From the human T2T-CHM13v2.0 reference genome, Homo sapiens, in the NCBI RefSeq assembly GCF_009914755.1, contig NC_060926.1: a stretch of 64,000 nucleotides of DNA; one strand, 5' to 3'. The stretch's first letter is position 1; each line of letters opens with the position of its first letter. A program made the translations under genes and the position numbers. Positions 14,313 to 28,404 of the stretch are shown here, in pieces. The notes below the pieces were generated by a model. That model ran no database searches, was not told the origin of the DNA, and was given only the letters and a program-made list of their open reading frames with translations.

Positions 14313-14442
14313 AGTTTGAGCTGGGTGAATCTTAGCATACATTCAGAAACAAGTAACTACATAGAGTATCAAGCCCCCAAATCATTAGTCTTTGTTTCAG
14401 CCACCCTTCATAACTGTTGAGTTTTAAATTCCTTTTTTTTTT

Positions 14443-14780
14443 AAACCATCATTCTCAGCAAACTATCACAAGGACAAAAAACCAAACACTGCATGTTCTC
14501 ACTCATAGATGGGAATTGAACAATGAGAACACATGGACACAGGAAGGGGAATATCACACTCCGGGGCCTGTTGTGGGGTGGGGGGGAGCGGGGAGGGATA
14601 GCATTAGGAGATATACCTAATGCTAAATGACGAGTTAATGGGTGCAGCACACCAACATGGCACATGTATACATATGCAACAAACCTGCACATTGTGCACA
14701 TGTACCCTAAAACTTAAAGTGTAATAATAATAAAAAAATTTAAAAAAATAATAATAATAAAATAAAAAATAAAAATAAAT
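14443..14780 (+). mobile_element. 5'-truncated young L1PA (about PA3-PA5) 3' end
   Basis: aaaccatcattctcagcaaactatc...ggagatatacctaatgctaaatgacgagttaatgg...A-rich tail; TSD aaattcct at 14426-14433 and 14781-14788 at a TTTT/AA site. Confidence 0.95.
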
Positions 14781-15574
14781 AAATTCCTAATCATGCGTGC
14801 TAATTGAAGGACATCATGGCACAGACAAGCAAGTTAGGAGTAAGGCAAAAGTAATTTTGTTTGGCACTGAGCAGAGTTTGAGATTTACATCTGAAGATAA
14901 GCATCTAAAAATTCAAGATCCATCAGAAAAAAACATGAAACACAAAAAGATGGAATGTTCGTTTCTCAAGTCACCCAGCCTTTCTGAAGTCCTCTACCAT
15001 TGGGAACAAGTGAGAGTAGCTCCAAGCCCAGTCTCCTGGCCTTAACTCCATCCTCCTTCCCACCCTGTTTCTGGACTCTCCTACAGGACGTTTTTATTAA
15101 CAGGGTCATAATTTCCTGGGACAAGGAGGTAGCTCTGTATGCCCCAAAGACTTTCTTGCAGTTCTTCTGGAGCTAGACAGGGTTGTCTTGAGGCTACAGA
15201 ATGAGGCAAAGAACAGAGCTATGAACCCGGGCATAAGAGACTGGGCTCCAGCCCTGCCTCCTCTGCAGACTGGACAGTGACTCTGAATTGCATCTTCCTC
15301 ATATAAAATCTAAAAGACCAGTGCCCACTTTCCTCATGGCTGGTTAGAGAAATCAAAAGTACAGTGCAATATGATATTAGGTGATTATTTTAAAGTTGTA
15401 TTAATATTTACCTCCCATTAACCAAGATACAGTCACTTGAAGTCTAACATTCTGTATGTATAGTTGCTTTTATTTGCTAGGATTAGGAACTAATCTACGA
15501 AGACTTTATCTACTAGGATTAGCAGTAACATTTATCACCAAAGTTTCATTCTTAGAAGGGTAAATGGGAATTTA

Positions 15575-16272
<698 letters not shown>

Positions 16273-18151
16273 GAACTGTTTTGTAGAGGACAAAGTGTCA
16301 CATTTCTGTAGTGGTCATCCCTTCACTAGGAGACTAGCGGCAAAAAAAAAAATCTGTCTAAAGCTATTGCAAAGCAAGCAGCCACAAGAAGTGAGGGTAG
16401 CTAGGATCCAGCTAAGAGTCTGGGTTTCTGAGGGTCTAATTCCCCAGGTAGACATGGACCTGCATGTAGGAATCTGAATGATAAGGCCAGCGTGGCATGG
16501 AATGCTTTATCAAAGTTTAAAAGTGAAGGAACCCCTTTTACTGGAAAACAAGTTTCACAAACACCCAATGTTAACCTCCATTAAAGTTGTTACTCAAATA
16601 GATACAAGTATATTTTTATTAAAAACTGCAAAACTGATAAACTTAAATTAATATAATGTGGTAGAAAATATTATTTTGCTGCAGCTAGTTGGTTGCTCAT
16701 AGGTGACCATGCTCATGAAGTTTCTCTGGAGTGTGCCCACTGATGCTACTACCACGGACCACCACGGGCTATGGGGCCACCATGGGCCGTGTGATGTGGA
16801 ATCCTCCCACATCCTCTCCTCATTCAACCCACCTTGAAACTTTTGTCCTATGGTTCCATGTGACTTTGGGCCTTCACTTGGAGCAAATACATCATTTACT
16901 TATTACTGATTTTTTTTTTCTCATTGGCCAACTCTATGATCAACCCAAACAGGCCTTGTATCTCAGAGTGGTACTCAATCATAAAGTGGTCACTTCTGAT
17001 CTAGGGTGATGATAACAAGAGAGCACACGAACATTACACGTTTTCTCAGCCAACTCACAGACCTCCCTGAGAATACACCCACAGACAGTGTGTATGTCCC
17101 TCCTTCCTCTTTCTGTCCCCAGAAACATTGCTGTAGAAGAACACTAACTGGGGAATCAAGAGAACAATGGCACTCTCTATCCACTTGTGGTCATCATCTC
17201 CACTCTCTGGGTGTCACGGGTGAAGTGAGGGAGCTGTCTCAGATCTAGATCATGTCTAGGGCCCTTGGCAGGTCCACCTTCTATAATGCCATTAATCTCT
17301 AATACCCTGGGGTGATGCCAGGACCATCTCTGGGCAAAAGGCTCACATAGGCTAAGTGAGCATTCTTAATGTATCTTAAATCATGGTGTTTATCTGGACA
17401 CGTGGCTTGTCCTGGTCTCTGGGCTGAGGCCTTTGGCATGCTTATGCAGATGGGAGGGTCTGCTACAGGTTGCTCTGGCCATGCTGTGACAACGTGCCCT
17501 GGAAAGGTCCTGAATATGGCTAATTTTGGCAGACACCAGAGCGTATCCACTGAAGAAGAACCGAAAGATGAAAAGCCGGGATTTCAACCTTGCATTGATT
17601 TCAAAACATGCAAAATGAATTCAATAAATAGGAAATCATTTATGACACTTGATTTTATTTATCAAAACTTAACATTAGCTCTACAATGAGTAAAAATCAG
17701 GATGGAGAGTATGGTAACTCAAATAAGAAAAAAAGAGCTCCCTTTCTTGATTCCATAACAGTAAATGTACATTCCAGAACAGAGATTATGACATGGTTAT
17801 ATTTCCAGTATTTAGATCCAATTTATTCAAATAATTGCAACCTAATTGTGTGGAGCTATTTTAAATACTGATTTGCTTTGCTTCCCATTTAAATTAAAAC
17901 CTCATCACCTGTGACTATTATACCAAATATGTTCCTTATAATTTAGACAATGAAATATTAATTATAATTTTGAAAATTAGCTTTGCTTAGATACAACTGT
18001 TCTCAATAACTTTTAGTCTTCTGAAAAAGGCTCTTAAAGACTGATCCACTAAACACATTGGTTGTATCCTTTTCTATTTCAATTTTCTAACACACAAAAA
18101 AAAAGTTTATATTTTTTGCTGATATTGTAAGTCATTTATTTCCATACTTCA

Positions 18152-18530
<379 letters not shown>

Positions 18531-19401
18531 ATGTAGTCCCCTGATCTTTGAAAAGTCACATGACCCCTGGGCTTTTGTTGCTACATCCATCCAATGGAGA
18601 TAACCCCCCTTTTCCTGCAAGAGGCAGGAGCTGTGCCCAATGGCCTTCAGAGCCTGCCAGCCCTATATTCTCATAGATACATAATGTAGGCAATAGAGCA
18701 TAATGGCTGTTTTTTTAATCACAGGTACTACTGGCCAGGAAATAGTGAATCCAAAATTCCCGTAAGAGTCTGGAGGTAGGTGGAAATACATAGTGTTATT
18801 ACACAAAAAGCTTCATGCTGTGAAGGCCCCACAGGAGAAGACACTGTCAGTCTAGAAAGGGGATGACAACAGGCCAACACCATTCGTTTGAATAAGAGTT
18901 CTTCCCAATTCCTCCCTGTGAAAAATATAGTCAGGAAAAATGGAACCGCACTACATGTTTTTTTATTATGCTTTATACTATGTGGCTCCAGAAGGTGGGC
19001 TCCATAATTCTCAACTCAAACTCATGTCTTCATGAAGGCCTATTTCCAAGGGCCTCTCACGCAGCATGTGATGTAGCTCGCCACGCATCAGCCTCGCAAA
19101 GCTGGTGCCCCGGACGCACAGCCCACCCCAGTGAATTCTGCCTTAACAAGGCTTAGTTCTTCCACCAGGGCACCAAGTCTCAGCTGCCGTCCAAATTGTT
19201 ATGTTGCACATTTCATACTCTATTTGTGAGTAGACTAAAGTCAATAAAATTAGTAAATTGGCTGAATTTAATAATTTTTAGGTATGCCAATTCAGTAACT
19301 GTTATATAAGCTAAATAAAATGATATTCCTCTTTTTAAATTTCCTCGCTTTTATTTTAATGTCTCTTAAAGTGGCCTCATGACTCAATCAAAATTTTACA
19401 T

Positions 19402-19692
19402 AGCTGAACACACAGTGGCTTATGTCTGTAATCCCTTTGGGAGGCTAAGGGAGGAGAATCACTAGAAGCCAGGAGTTCTAGACCAGGCTGAGCAATATAG
19501 CGAGACTCCCTCTACACCCACTCCTGCTGCCCATCTCTACAAAAAATTTTAAAATTAGCTGGGCACAATGACTATACATGTAATTCTAGCTACTCAAGAG
19601 GCTGAAGATCGCTTGAGCCAAGGAGTTCGAGGTCACATTGTGTCACTGCATTCCAGCCTGGGGGACAAAGTGAAACCCTGTCTCTAAAAAAA
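19402..19692 (+). mobile_element. Degenerate AluJ-like SINE
   Basis: cagtggcttatgtctgtaatcc...gatcgcttgagcc...cattccagcctggg with internal indels. Confidence 0.8.
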
Positions 19693-19696
19693 TTTA

Positions 19697-19732
19697 TACA
19701 CACACACACACACACACACATACACACACACA
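19697..19732. repeat. (CA)n microsatellite
   Basis: Interrupted CA run seen directly. Confidence 0.95.
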
Positions 19733-20339
19733 TAAAATAATTTACTTACCTAGCATATGCCACTGAACAAAGCTAAAATATCCTAAAGTAGGTAAAATTT
19801 ATTGAATAATTATGCACTGTATGCCTGGAGAAGGCCTATGGTTAGGATATTTTATTTTCATTTTGAACACGTTATCTAACAAAATTATCTAGTTGCATAG
19901 CCCAAATAAATTAGAAGCTACACATTAGAAAGAAAAGTTTTTACTAAAAACCAGCTCAGTGATGTAAGTGCAGAGAGACATCTGGCTTGGAAAGAAGCAG
20001 GAAAAATATATGAAAGGGAGCAACATGGAGTCAAGAAGTTGGCCACTGGAGGCCACTGGATGGAGTTGGGGGTGAGACGGCAATGTCCTAGGGCTTCTGT
20101 TCAGTTACTGCCTGATTCTAAATTAATGCCCAAGATAATGCCCTTCAGTTACAACAGAGAGGGTAAATTATATTCTGTGTGCTCTGCTGGTACGTATAGT
20201 GTACTGAGGGACCATTTCTTAAAAATGACTGCAAAGAATAATATCAGAATTTAAAGAATAAACTTCAGGTATCTGGGAAACTCATTTAAAGTAATTTATC
20301 AAATGCTAGGTAAAGGAGCTGGTACTATATTTTAAATAA

Positions 20340-20399
20340 TTAAATAATAGTGAATATAAACTTACTACATTAAATAATAGTGAATATAAACTTACTACA
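20340..20399. repeat. Perfect 30-bp tandem duplication
   Basis: ttaaataatagtgaatataaacttactaca occurs twice in a row. Confidence 0.95.
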
Positions 20400-21226
20400 G
20401 TGATTTCTAGTTGGATAATGTTTACATCTATTATTTCGTCTCTCACCCCACGGGTCATTCTCCACCTGCACTACTATTCCATCCTCACCTTTGTTTTTGA
20501 ACAAGGAAAAGCCTTGTGAAATCAAGCAATTAAGTATTCTTTTATTATTATGAAGCTGAGAGGAAGTGAAAAATCACCAGGGTGAAGTTTCTTCGCACTT
20601 GAGAAAGCAGATTGATGAAGCTAACATGGGATGCACGGGAAGTTTGTTCAGAACCAAAGCGACTCGGATGGGCACCCTCTCAGCCTGTGGGTGTCGCGGA
20701 AGAACGGGATCACCCTCCCCTCCTGGGCCGGAATGTGATATGAAGAGAGCATCGCTCCCGAGAGACACAATGGATAGAAATAATAATGGAAAGGAAATAA
20801 ATTCAGAAAGCAATTAAGGAACTGTCAACAGAAAGGGCTGAGCAAAACCAGATATCAAAATTACCATTTAATCTTTTTTCATGTATCTTTTTGGCTCAAA
20901 TTACTTTCATATCAGAGTTATAATTATGGATATCACCACAAGCCATTAGCCTCACAGTTGGCACTCTCCTTACCCCCAACAAATTAAATGTCAGCCATCG
21001 GGCTTCAGCCATCATCACTCCTTCAAGAAGGGCTCCTGTCAATCACCTCACTGCGTGTGATGAGATGAGCCGCAGCCTCGAGGCAGAAGCAGCCCTCTGC
21101 GGTTTGGGGTGCTCGGTAGCTCCTGCAGACACAAACGTTCTCTTTTGCTTTCCTGATAGAGTTCCCTGCAAATCCTCAGAGAAACATCAACCCCACACTG
21201 GGATGGGGCGTCAGTCCCTTGAGAAG

Positions 21227-21615
21227 TGTTATGGGCTGAATTGCATCCCCCCAAAATCCATATATTGAAGTCCCATCCCTTGGTATGTCAGAATGTCACT
21301 GTATTTGAAGACAAAGTCTTTAAGGGGTGATGAGATGAAAAAGAGGCCATTAGGGTGGGGTCCTGGTCCAACAGGACTACTGCCCTTAAAAGGAGGAGTC
21401 ACACCAGGGATGCCCATGCCAGGAGGAGAGGCCGTATGAGGACACAGTGAAAAGGCAGTTGTTTGCAAGCCAAGGAGAAAGGCCTCAGGAGAAACCAAAC
21501 CTGCTGACACCTAATCTCAGACTCCCAGGCTCCAGCACTGTGAGAAAATAAATATCTGCTGTTTAAGCCACCCGGTCTGCGGTGCTTTGTTATGACGCCT
21601 TAGCTAACTCATACA
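21227..21615 (+). mobile_element. MLT1B-like MaLR solo LTR
   Basis: TG...CA termini (tgttatgggctgaattg...ctcataca), 389 bp, AATAAA near 3' end, 5-bp TSD agaag at 21222-21226 and 21616-21620. Confidence 0.9.
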
Positions 21616-21960
21616 AGAAGTTTCTGCGTGTTTCCAAGAGTAAACAAGTCCTTAAGGACATCATTACTAAGTGCTCTTACTAAGGGTTTTAACACTGCAG
21701 ATATTAAAACAAAACAAAAGTGATAAATAATAACTACATGAGTACGCCTACCATCAGAAATTACTGCAATGACTTCCTGTTTCCCCACAGTTTCTCATTG
21801 CCCTATTTTGATCATTCCTACATACCGTTGTCAAAGTAGAATCTTCCTAAAGCACAGCGTTGAAAATTGTATTCACCTGCTGAGAAAAGTCCACTGGATT
21901 CTCATTGACGACCAAATGAAAGTGTCATATGAGGCCCTGGAGAGGCTGGCCCCGATGCTA

Positions 21961-22314
21961 CTTCCCAGCCATGCCCACTGCAATACTTCCCACACTTCCC
22001 ACCTGCTCCCAGCCCTGCCCACCACAATACTCCCCACACTTCCCACCTGCTCCCAACAGGAGGATCTGAGGCCACCTGGATGCACCTGGCCTCACCCTCA
22101 CTCCTTGCCCTTTGGTTTTTTTTTTAACCTGGAACCATGGGCCTCTTGAGCTCAGAAAGCCTTCCCAGCCATGCCTACTACAATATTTCCCACACTTCCC
22201 ACATGCTCCCAACAGGATGATCTGGGGCCACCTGGATGCACCTGGCCTGACCCTCACTCCTTGCCCTTTGTTTGGTTTTTCTTACTTGGGCCTTTTGAGC
22301 TCAGAAGGCTCCCA
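21961..22314. repeat. Compound local duplication with A-A-B-A-B layout
   Basis: About 45-bp unit at 21961, 22006 and 22161; about 110-bp unit at 22050 and 22206. Confidence 0.9.
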
Positions 22315-22350
22315 AGGGGTCTCAGAATCTATTGAAATTGCATATAAAAG

Positions 22351-22737
<387 letters not shown>

Positions 22738-22789
22738 TCAAAGAGCTTGACAGCATTGAGTTTTACCTGAGCCCTGTACACCTGGAAAA

Positions 22790-23812
22790 TAGTGATGGTT
22801 GTGAAATTGCCATCCCTTTGTATTCCAGGAAACAACTTACTGCAAAGAACCACCCTTCCCCATATGACTTAGATAAGACTCACCAATGACCCCTTTGACC
22901 CCCAAAGGCCAGACACAAAACCCTCAAATTCTCATAAATGAATAGCTGAAGCTTTGTCCCCATTGACCCATCTGAGCAAGATACCTGCTAATGTGACTTA
23001 ACCAAGCTTGAGTCTTTTCTGCCCTGCGGGTCTTTGAACTTGATCCCCCCTCAGCCTGAGTCAGCACGGGAATGCAGAGTAACCTCCTTAGGAGCCACGG
23101 ACTGTGTTACAAGCTGAATCGTGTACCCCCAAAAGAAGATTTGTTGATGTTGTAATCCCCAGTACCTCAGAATGTGGATTTTTTTGGAAACAGGGTCTTT
23201 GTGGACATAGTTAGATATGATGAGGTCATACTAATTAGTGTGGGTCATGGATGCCTGCATGACTGGCTTCCTTATAAGAAGAGAAGAAGAGACAGAGACA
23301 CAGAAGCTGGAGACAGACAAGGGAGTGATCCATCCATGAGCCAAAGAATGCCAAGAATTGCAGGCAACACCAGAAGCCAGGAGAGAGGCCTGGAACAGAT
23401 TCCTCCAAAAGGAAACAATCTTGCCAACATGTTGATTTCAGACTCCTGGCCTCCAAAACTGTGAGAGAATAAATTACTGTTGTTTAAGCCACTGAGTTTG
23501 TGGCACTTTGCACAGAGGCCCCAGGAATCTACTACAACCAAGGAAAGACATCTGGTCAACCGTTGGTTTGTGCCACCTGCTCATCCTTACTCCTCCACCC
23601 TAGGTCTTTCCAGCATGTTTAATCCTCCCTACAAAAGAAAGTTCCTTTCTGCCTGACCTTTGAGACTCTCGCAGACCTCATGGTGGGAGCATTCTCCCTA
23701 TTGCGCAATAGTCCCCTCCTCTAATTGTAAAAGCTCCCCCTCGCCCTACGACAATCGCCGCTTTCGATGAAGTCTCTCCTTACCTAAGCCCGGGCTGTTT
23801 TTTTCTTTGACA
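22790..23812 (+). mobile_element. ERV1 (MER4-group-like) solo LTR split by an MLT1 insertion, subfamily not determined
   Basis: aagaaccacccttccccatatgacttagataagac 5' part and ctccctattgc...aagtctctccttacc...ttttctttgaca 3' terminus resemble recalled MER4-group LTRs. Confidence 0.5.
23105..23536 (+). mobile_element. MLT1C-like MaLR solo LTR
   Basis: tgttacaagctgaatcgtgtaccccc...ctgtgagagaataaattactgttgtttaagcc...ctactaca. Confidence 0.85.
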
Positions 23813-25743
23813 AGCTCTATGGTCCATAAGTGGTTAAGAACCAGTGCTCCTCATGAGCTAATCTCCACCCACCTTCTTTGCAACTTACCTTAGCTTCCGC
23901 CATGCTGCCTGGCCATTTCCCCTCAAATCCTTGCCTGCTCCCCCTCCCATCAGCAGGAAGGAGCCTTTCCAAGTCTACCATTGGTAAAGGGATAGTGTGT
24001 GTTCCCCACCCCCATACCTACTTGTTTTCCAAGATCCCTGCCCCCAGCCCAGGCAGCCGGGCATGAGCTACTTGTCCTTAGGGGAGGCCTGCTACTGGGA
24101 GCCCGAGAAGGCAGGCACAGAATCCTGGCATTTGAGTTTCAAAACCACAATAAGGAAGAAGACAGAAATTGTTGGACAAGTCCTTGATCGCTACTGCAGA
24201 CTACAGAAAGACTCCATGGGCTGAGGCTGGGAGGTGGGCACAGAGCTGCTGTCATTGGAGTGAGCACTGTTGTCACCAGCATCAGGTGAGTGGGGACCTA
24301 TGGATATCTGGTCCCACTGCAGTGGGTGCTGCCTTAGGGCATTGCTTCCCATCCCAGAGCCAAGGAACCCCCAGCTCCTTCCACCTCTGCTTATCTCCCT
24401 GCTGCACACATTCCTCTCTAAGAATCACATGCTTCAATGCTTAAAGGAAAGTCCTAAACAGATGTCCCATATTATCCATGAACTGGGACAATCAGGCCTC
24501 ACGTGAATAACCAACAGCCATGGTGGGGCTTCACGGAATCACAGAGGTCCTGGGTTGGAATGGACTTTAAAAGTCTTAAAATCCAGCTCCCCAGCCACCC
24601 CAGCTGCTTCACAAAAATTTTTCAGACAGTGTTTATAAAAGTCTCTTGAGCAAGTGAAAGAATTTGTTGCAGACACAACAGAAAGCTGGGGTCAGCTAGT
24701 TGTTCCTCCTGAGCACCTGCTAAAGAGATGCATCAGGAAAATGAAACAGCAGGGAAGGCAGGTAAGAATATAACAAAAGGAAAACACAACTCTAAGTTAA
24801 AAGTGAAGTTAAGAAAGAGAAAAAAGCAGGAAGATGGAGTAAGCCACGAGAAAACTTAAAGGTTCCTAAATCCTATGCTAGCAGCTCAAATCTCTCATTA
24901 ACAGACAGGAAATATTCTGCAGCAAGACACCTACTAGAAAAATACTAAAGGAACCTAAAAGTCCGTTCTTCAACATTTTACCCATTTTCTCTTCCTTGCA
25001 CTAAAAAGTAAAAAGGTGAGTCTCTGGAACAATATAATAAACTAAAAAAAAATAGTTAAATAATGGCTTTAAGAGACTTTCCAAACTTTTCTCCAAAACC
25101 AGAAATACACTAATGTTTTCCTACCTCCAGCAAATTAACAGGGCATAAAATAGTTCCTGTCTTAAATAGTACTTAAATAGTAGCGTGTCCTGATTTCAAC
25201 AAGATCAGGTACGTTTGCCTGCATGCAATCAGCAGTTTTCACCAATGCTAAAATAACCCGAAATCGTTTTTCTCTCTGCATTTTTTAGACTATGACATTC
25301 CACCCTCACTCCCAGGCAGTCTTGACAGAGCCAGAGTTGAGCTACATAACACCTTTGTATTTGTGTACATTTCTGGAGGCTACACAAATTATCATTTCAA
25401 ATCATCCCTCTTAATTTTCCTGCTGAGGTTAGCTCAATGGACTCTGGGACTCCAATTTCTATTACTTCTTTTTTAGTCAATTTCCTCAGATTTCAAATAT
25501 GTAAGCAAAATCTCCTAAAGTATTTCTACATGAGGGTGAGGAATTCGCTATTATTTCATTTTACTCTTTATATTATTTCATTTTATTATTTTGTTTTATT
25601 ATATATTGAAGATAAATATGAGAAGATTTTATAGGATGATGGTATTTCTTTAAAATAAACCCCTAAGCCCAAGGCTAAATAGAAATTGCGATCAAATCAA
25701 GGAAAATCACATAAAGCAAATTCAGAAAAATCTGCTTCCTCAG

Positions 25744-25786
25744 TGTAGCTCTCTTGTATTTTACAATGTAGCTCTCTTGTATTTTA
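25744..25786. repeat. 23-bp period tandem duplication
   Basis: tgtagctctcttgtatttta occurs twice. Confidence 0.85.
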
Positions 25787-26199
25787 TTTTCATGGAAAAT
25801 CACCGGGGGCTGGGAGGGGTGGCAGGAGGAAGCTCTCCCTCTTCCCAGTTGTTCTTCTTTCCATCTAATCCCACACTTTCCCTTCTGACACCTGCTTCCC
25901 GATTCCACTCCCTTACTGCCACCTTCTCACATCCTTACCAACATCTACTGACACCTCCCCCATCAACCCAGCCTCCTCCACTGCTCAGGTGAACAAAGCT
26001 GTCATGGCCAGAATGGAGCATGAAGGCCCGGTCACCGAGTCATATCAAAGGCCAGAAAACAAGGGAGACGGAGGGGAGGGAGCTCAAGGGCCAGAGGAAA
26101 GCTCCACTTCTGCCTAGGTAGGATTTAAGCTCTAGAACCAACAAAGAGCCTCTTATCAAAAGCTTACAGATTATATAAGTTGGGCACATTATCAATAGG

Positions 26200-26428
26200 A
26201 AACATAATTATGGAAGAAATGAATGTGAGTTTGAATGAAGAGGAGAGCATAGGGGTAGGGCAGGAAAGTTGTCCTAAGTATTGGAAACCACTTACCGTGA
26301 GCCTTGGTAGCAGGAATGCAATAGGTGGCATTGAAGGACAGCAAAAAGGTCCAGTTTGGCTAGACTGGAGGGAGAGTTGAAAGAGTTCACAGGTATGGAA
26401 AGGCCAGAAGGACTGTCTACTATGCAAC
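26200..26428 (-). mobile_element. Degenerate L2 LINE fragment
   Basis: Purine-rich ttgaaggacagcaaaaaggtccagtttggctaga resembles antisense L2 3' region. Confidence 0.5.
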
Positions 26429-26429
26429 T

Positions 26430-26752
26430 TTGTTTTTGTTGTTGTTGTTGTTTGTTTTTTGTTTTTTTTTTGAGATGGAGTCTCGCTCTTTTGCTCAGGC
26501 CGGACTGCAGTGGCGCTATCTCGGCTCACTGCAAGCTCCGCCTCCCGGGTTCACGCCATTCTCCTGCCTCAGCCTCCTGAGTAGCTGGGATTACAGGCAC
26601 CCACAACAGTGCCTGGCTAATTTTTTGTATTTTTAGTAGAGACGGGGTTTCACCGTGTTAGCCAAGATGGTCGCGATCTCCCGACCTCGTGATCCGCCTG
26701 CCTCGGCCTCCCAAAGTGCTGGGATTACAGGCGTGAGCCACCGTGCCCGGCC
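26430..26752 (-). mobile_element. AluY SINE
   Basis: Reverse-complement full dimer with gcaagctccgcc and cacgccattctcc; TSD ctactatgcaactt. Confidence 0.95.
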
Positions 26753-28404
26753 TACTATGCAACTTCAATGACATAGGTTGGAGTAGAAGTTTCTTTTGCA
26801 TCCAAAGGCTAAGGGGGAAATATTGAGTGAAGGAGGAACGCAATCCGCTGTTCAAACCATTACATGCAACTCCGAACAACTCATCAGAAACTAGGATGTA
26901 TCTCATGATCTAAGAAAAATTTGTACAGACTAATTTTTCTTTAATTTTAGAAATAGGAAAGATAGACAAAGCACAAATTTAGCAGTTTCTCCCATGTGCT
27001 TATACAACCATTATTCAAACATATTACCAGAAGTAGTTACAGAGAATCGGGCAATTACAGAGAATCAATGTTCCTTTCATTGTAAGGGCCTAATGAAAGG
27101 GCTGGAACATGCTGAAACTATAAAAGAAGCAACATTTTCCTATACCCCATCTGCCTGTTTGGGAAATAATACCAGCTTTTCCCATATAAAGTAAATTAAT
27201 AAATCAATACAACCAACAAAAAGGCAGCATTGGTAGGAGATATTTTAATTGAGTCATCCTAAAGTCTGGACTTGTTTAAAGCCTTCTCACTTTAAATAAA
27301 TATCAAGTCATTTAAGTTTTGAAACTGACTTTGAATTCAGTACATACAACATATTGTCCACACAGTAAAGAAGAGAGCATGCAGAAATGCCTGTTTGAAA
27401 ATAAAAGAAATATCCAACTCAAGTCACCTTTAAAAAACCACCAGGGCATTTTAGAGCTGATGAGAATGACAGAGATCATGGGGTCGAACCCTGTTATCAA
27501 TCACGTTGGAAAACTGAGGTCAAGGGATGTTAATAACTCAACCCAAGTCTCAGAGCAGGCAACACATTTTTCTTTTCACTGAAGTGCATGGTCCCAATGA
27601 ATTTATCAGAATGTCTCTTTGTATGCAGTGTAAATCTTTATGGTACCTCAACTTGTACTTCTAGTCCCCTTCCAATTAGCCACCAGAAACAATATCTAGT
27701 GCCAGCCTCAGACAAAGACCCTGTGAGATATCCACACAAATGCTTCACTCTCTCAATTCTTTCCTCACAATAAGCACCTACAGATGCAGACTGCGAATAT
27801 CTGTAATTTAATAAACACACATCACCCTGTATTTTATAAATATAACTAGTTACAAGATAGAAAAGGAAAATAGCTCAACAGGTCACCTAAAATCAGATAG
27901 TTCTGTTTATTTCACAACTTTAGACATAACAGATTTCAATTAATAAAGACTTTTCCTAATTTTTATAAAAGCTTAACCACTTGGTACCCAACCTTTCTAG
28001 CCTTCTGGTTTAGTGCCAGCTCCAGAAGAAAACAATTTTTAAATATTTGAAGCAACTAAACAGGTATTTACCACCTATTAACAATGAACAAAACCAAGGA
28101 AGGAAATAAAGACACAAAGATTGCATCAATGAAACCATGATCAGGATGCCATGTGGAAGAAAGAGAGGTCTGATTAACAAGCGAAGCCTTATAGATGGCA
28201 ATTTGTTTGCTGAAAAAACAAGACTCCCGGTAAAAACAAGCTGTGACCAGCAAGTTTACTGTAAGCAGCAAGTTGTAAGTGTGACTAGGGAAGGAGAGAG
28301 TCCCTCACAAGCAGGAAATGAGAGAAGAGCTAGGAACCCCAGGCAAGTTGGAGGTAATAAAGGGATTAGGCAGTGAAATTGCATCTATAGCCCCAGGGGC
28401 ACTG

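Noticed and set aside
19743-19800. Minus-strand micro-exon ending in TAG|GTAAGT
   Set aside because: Weak pyrimidine tract and no independent support
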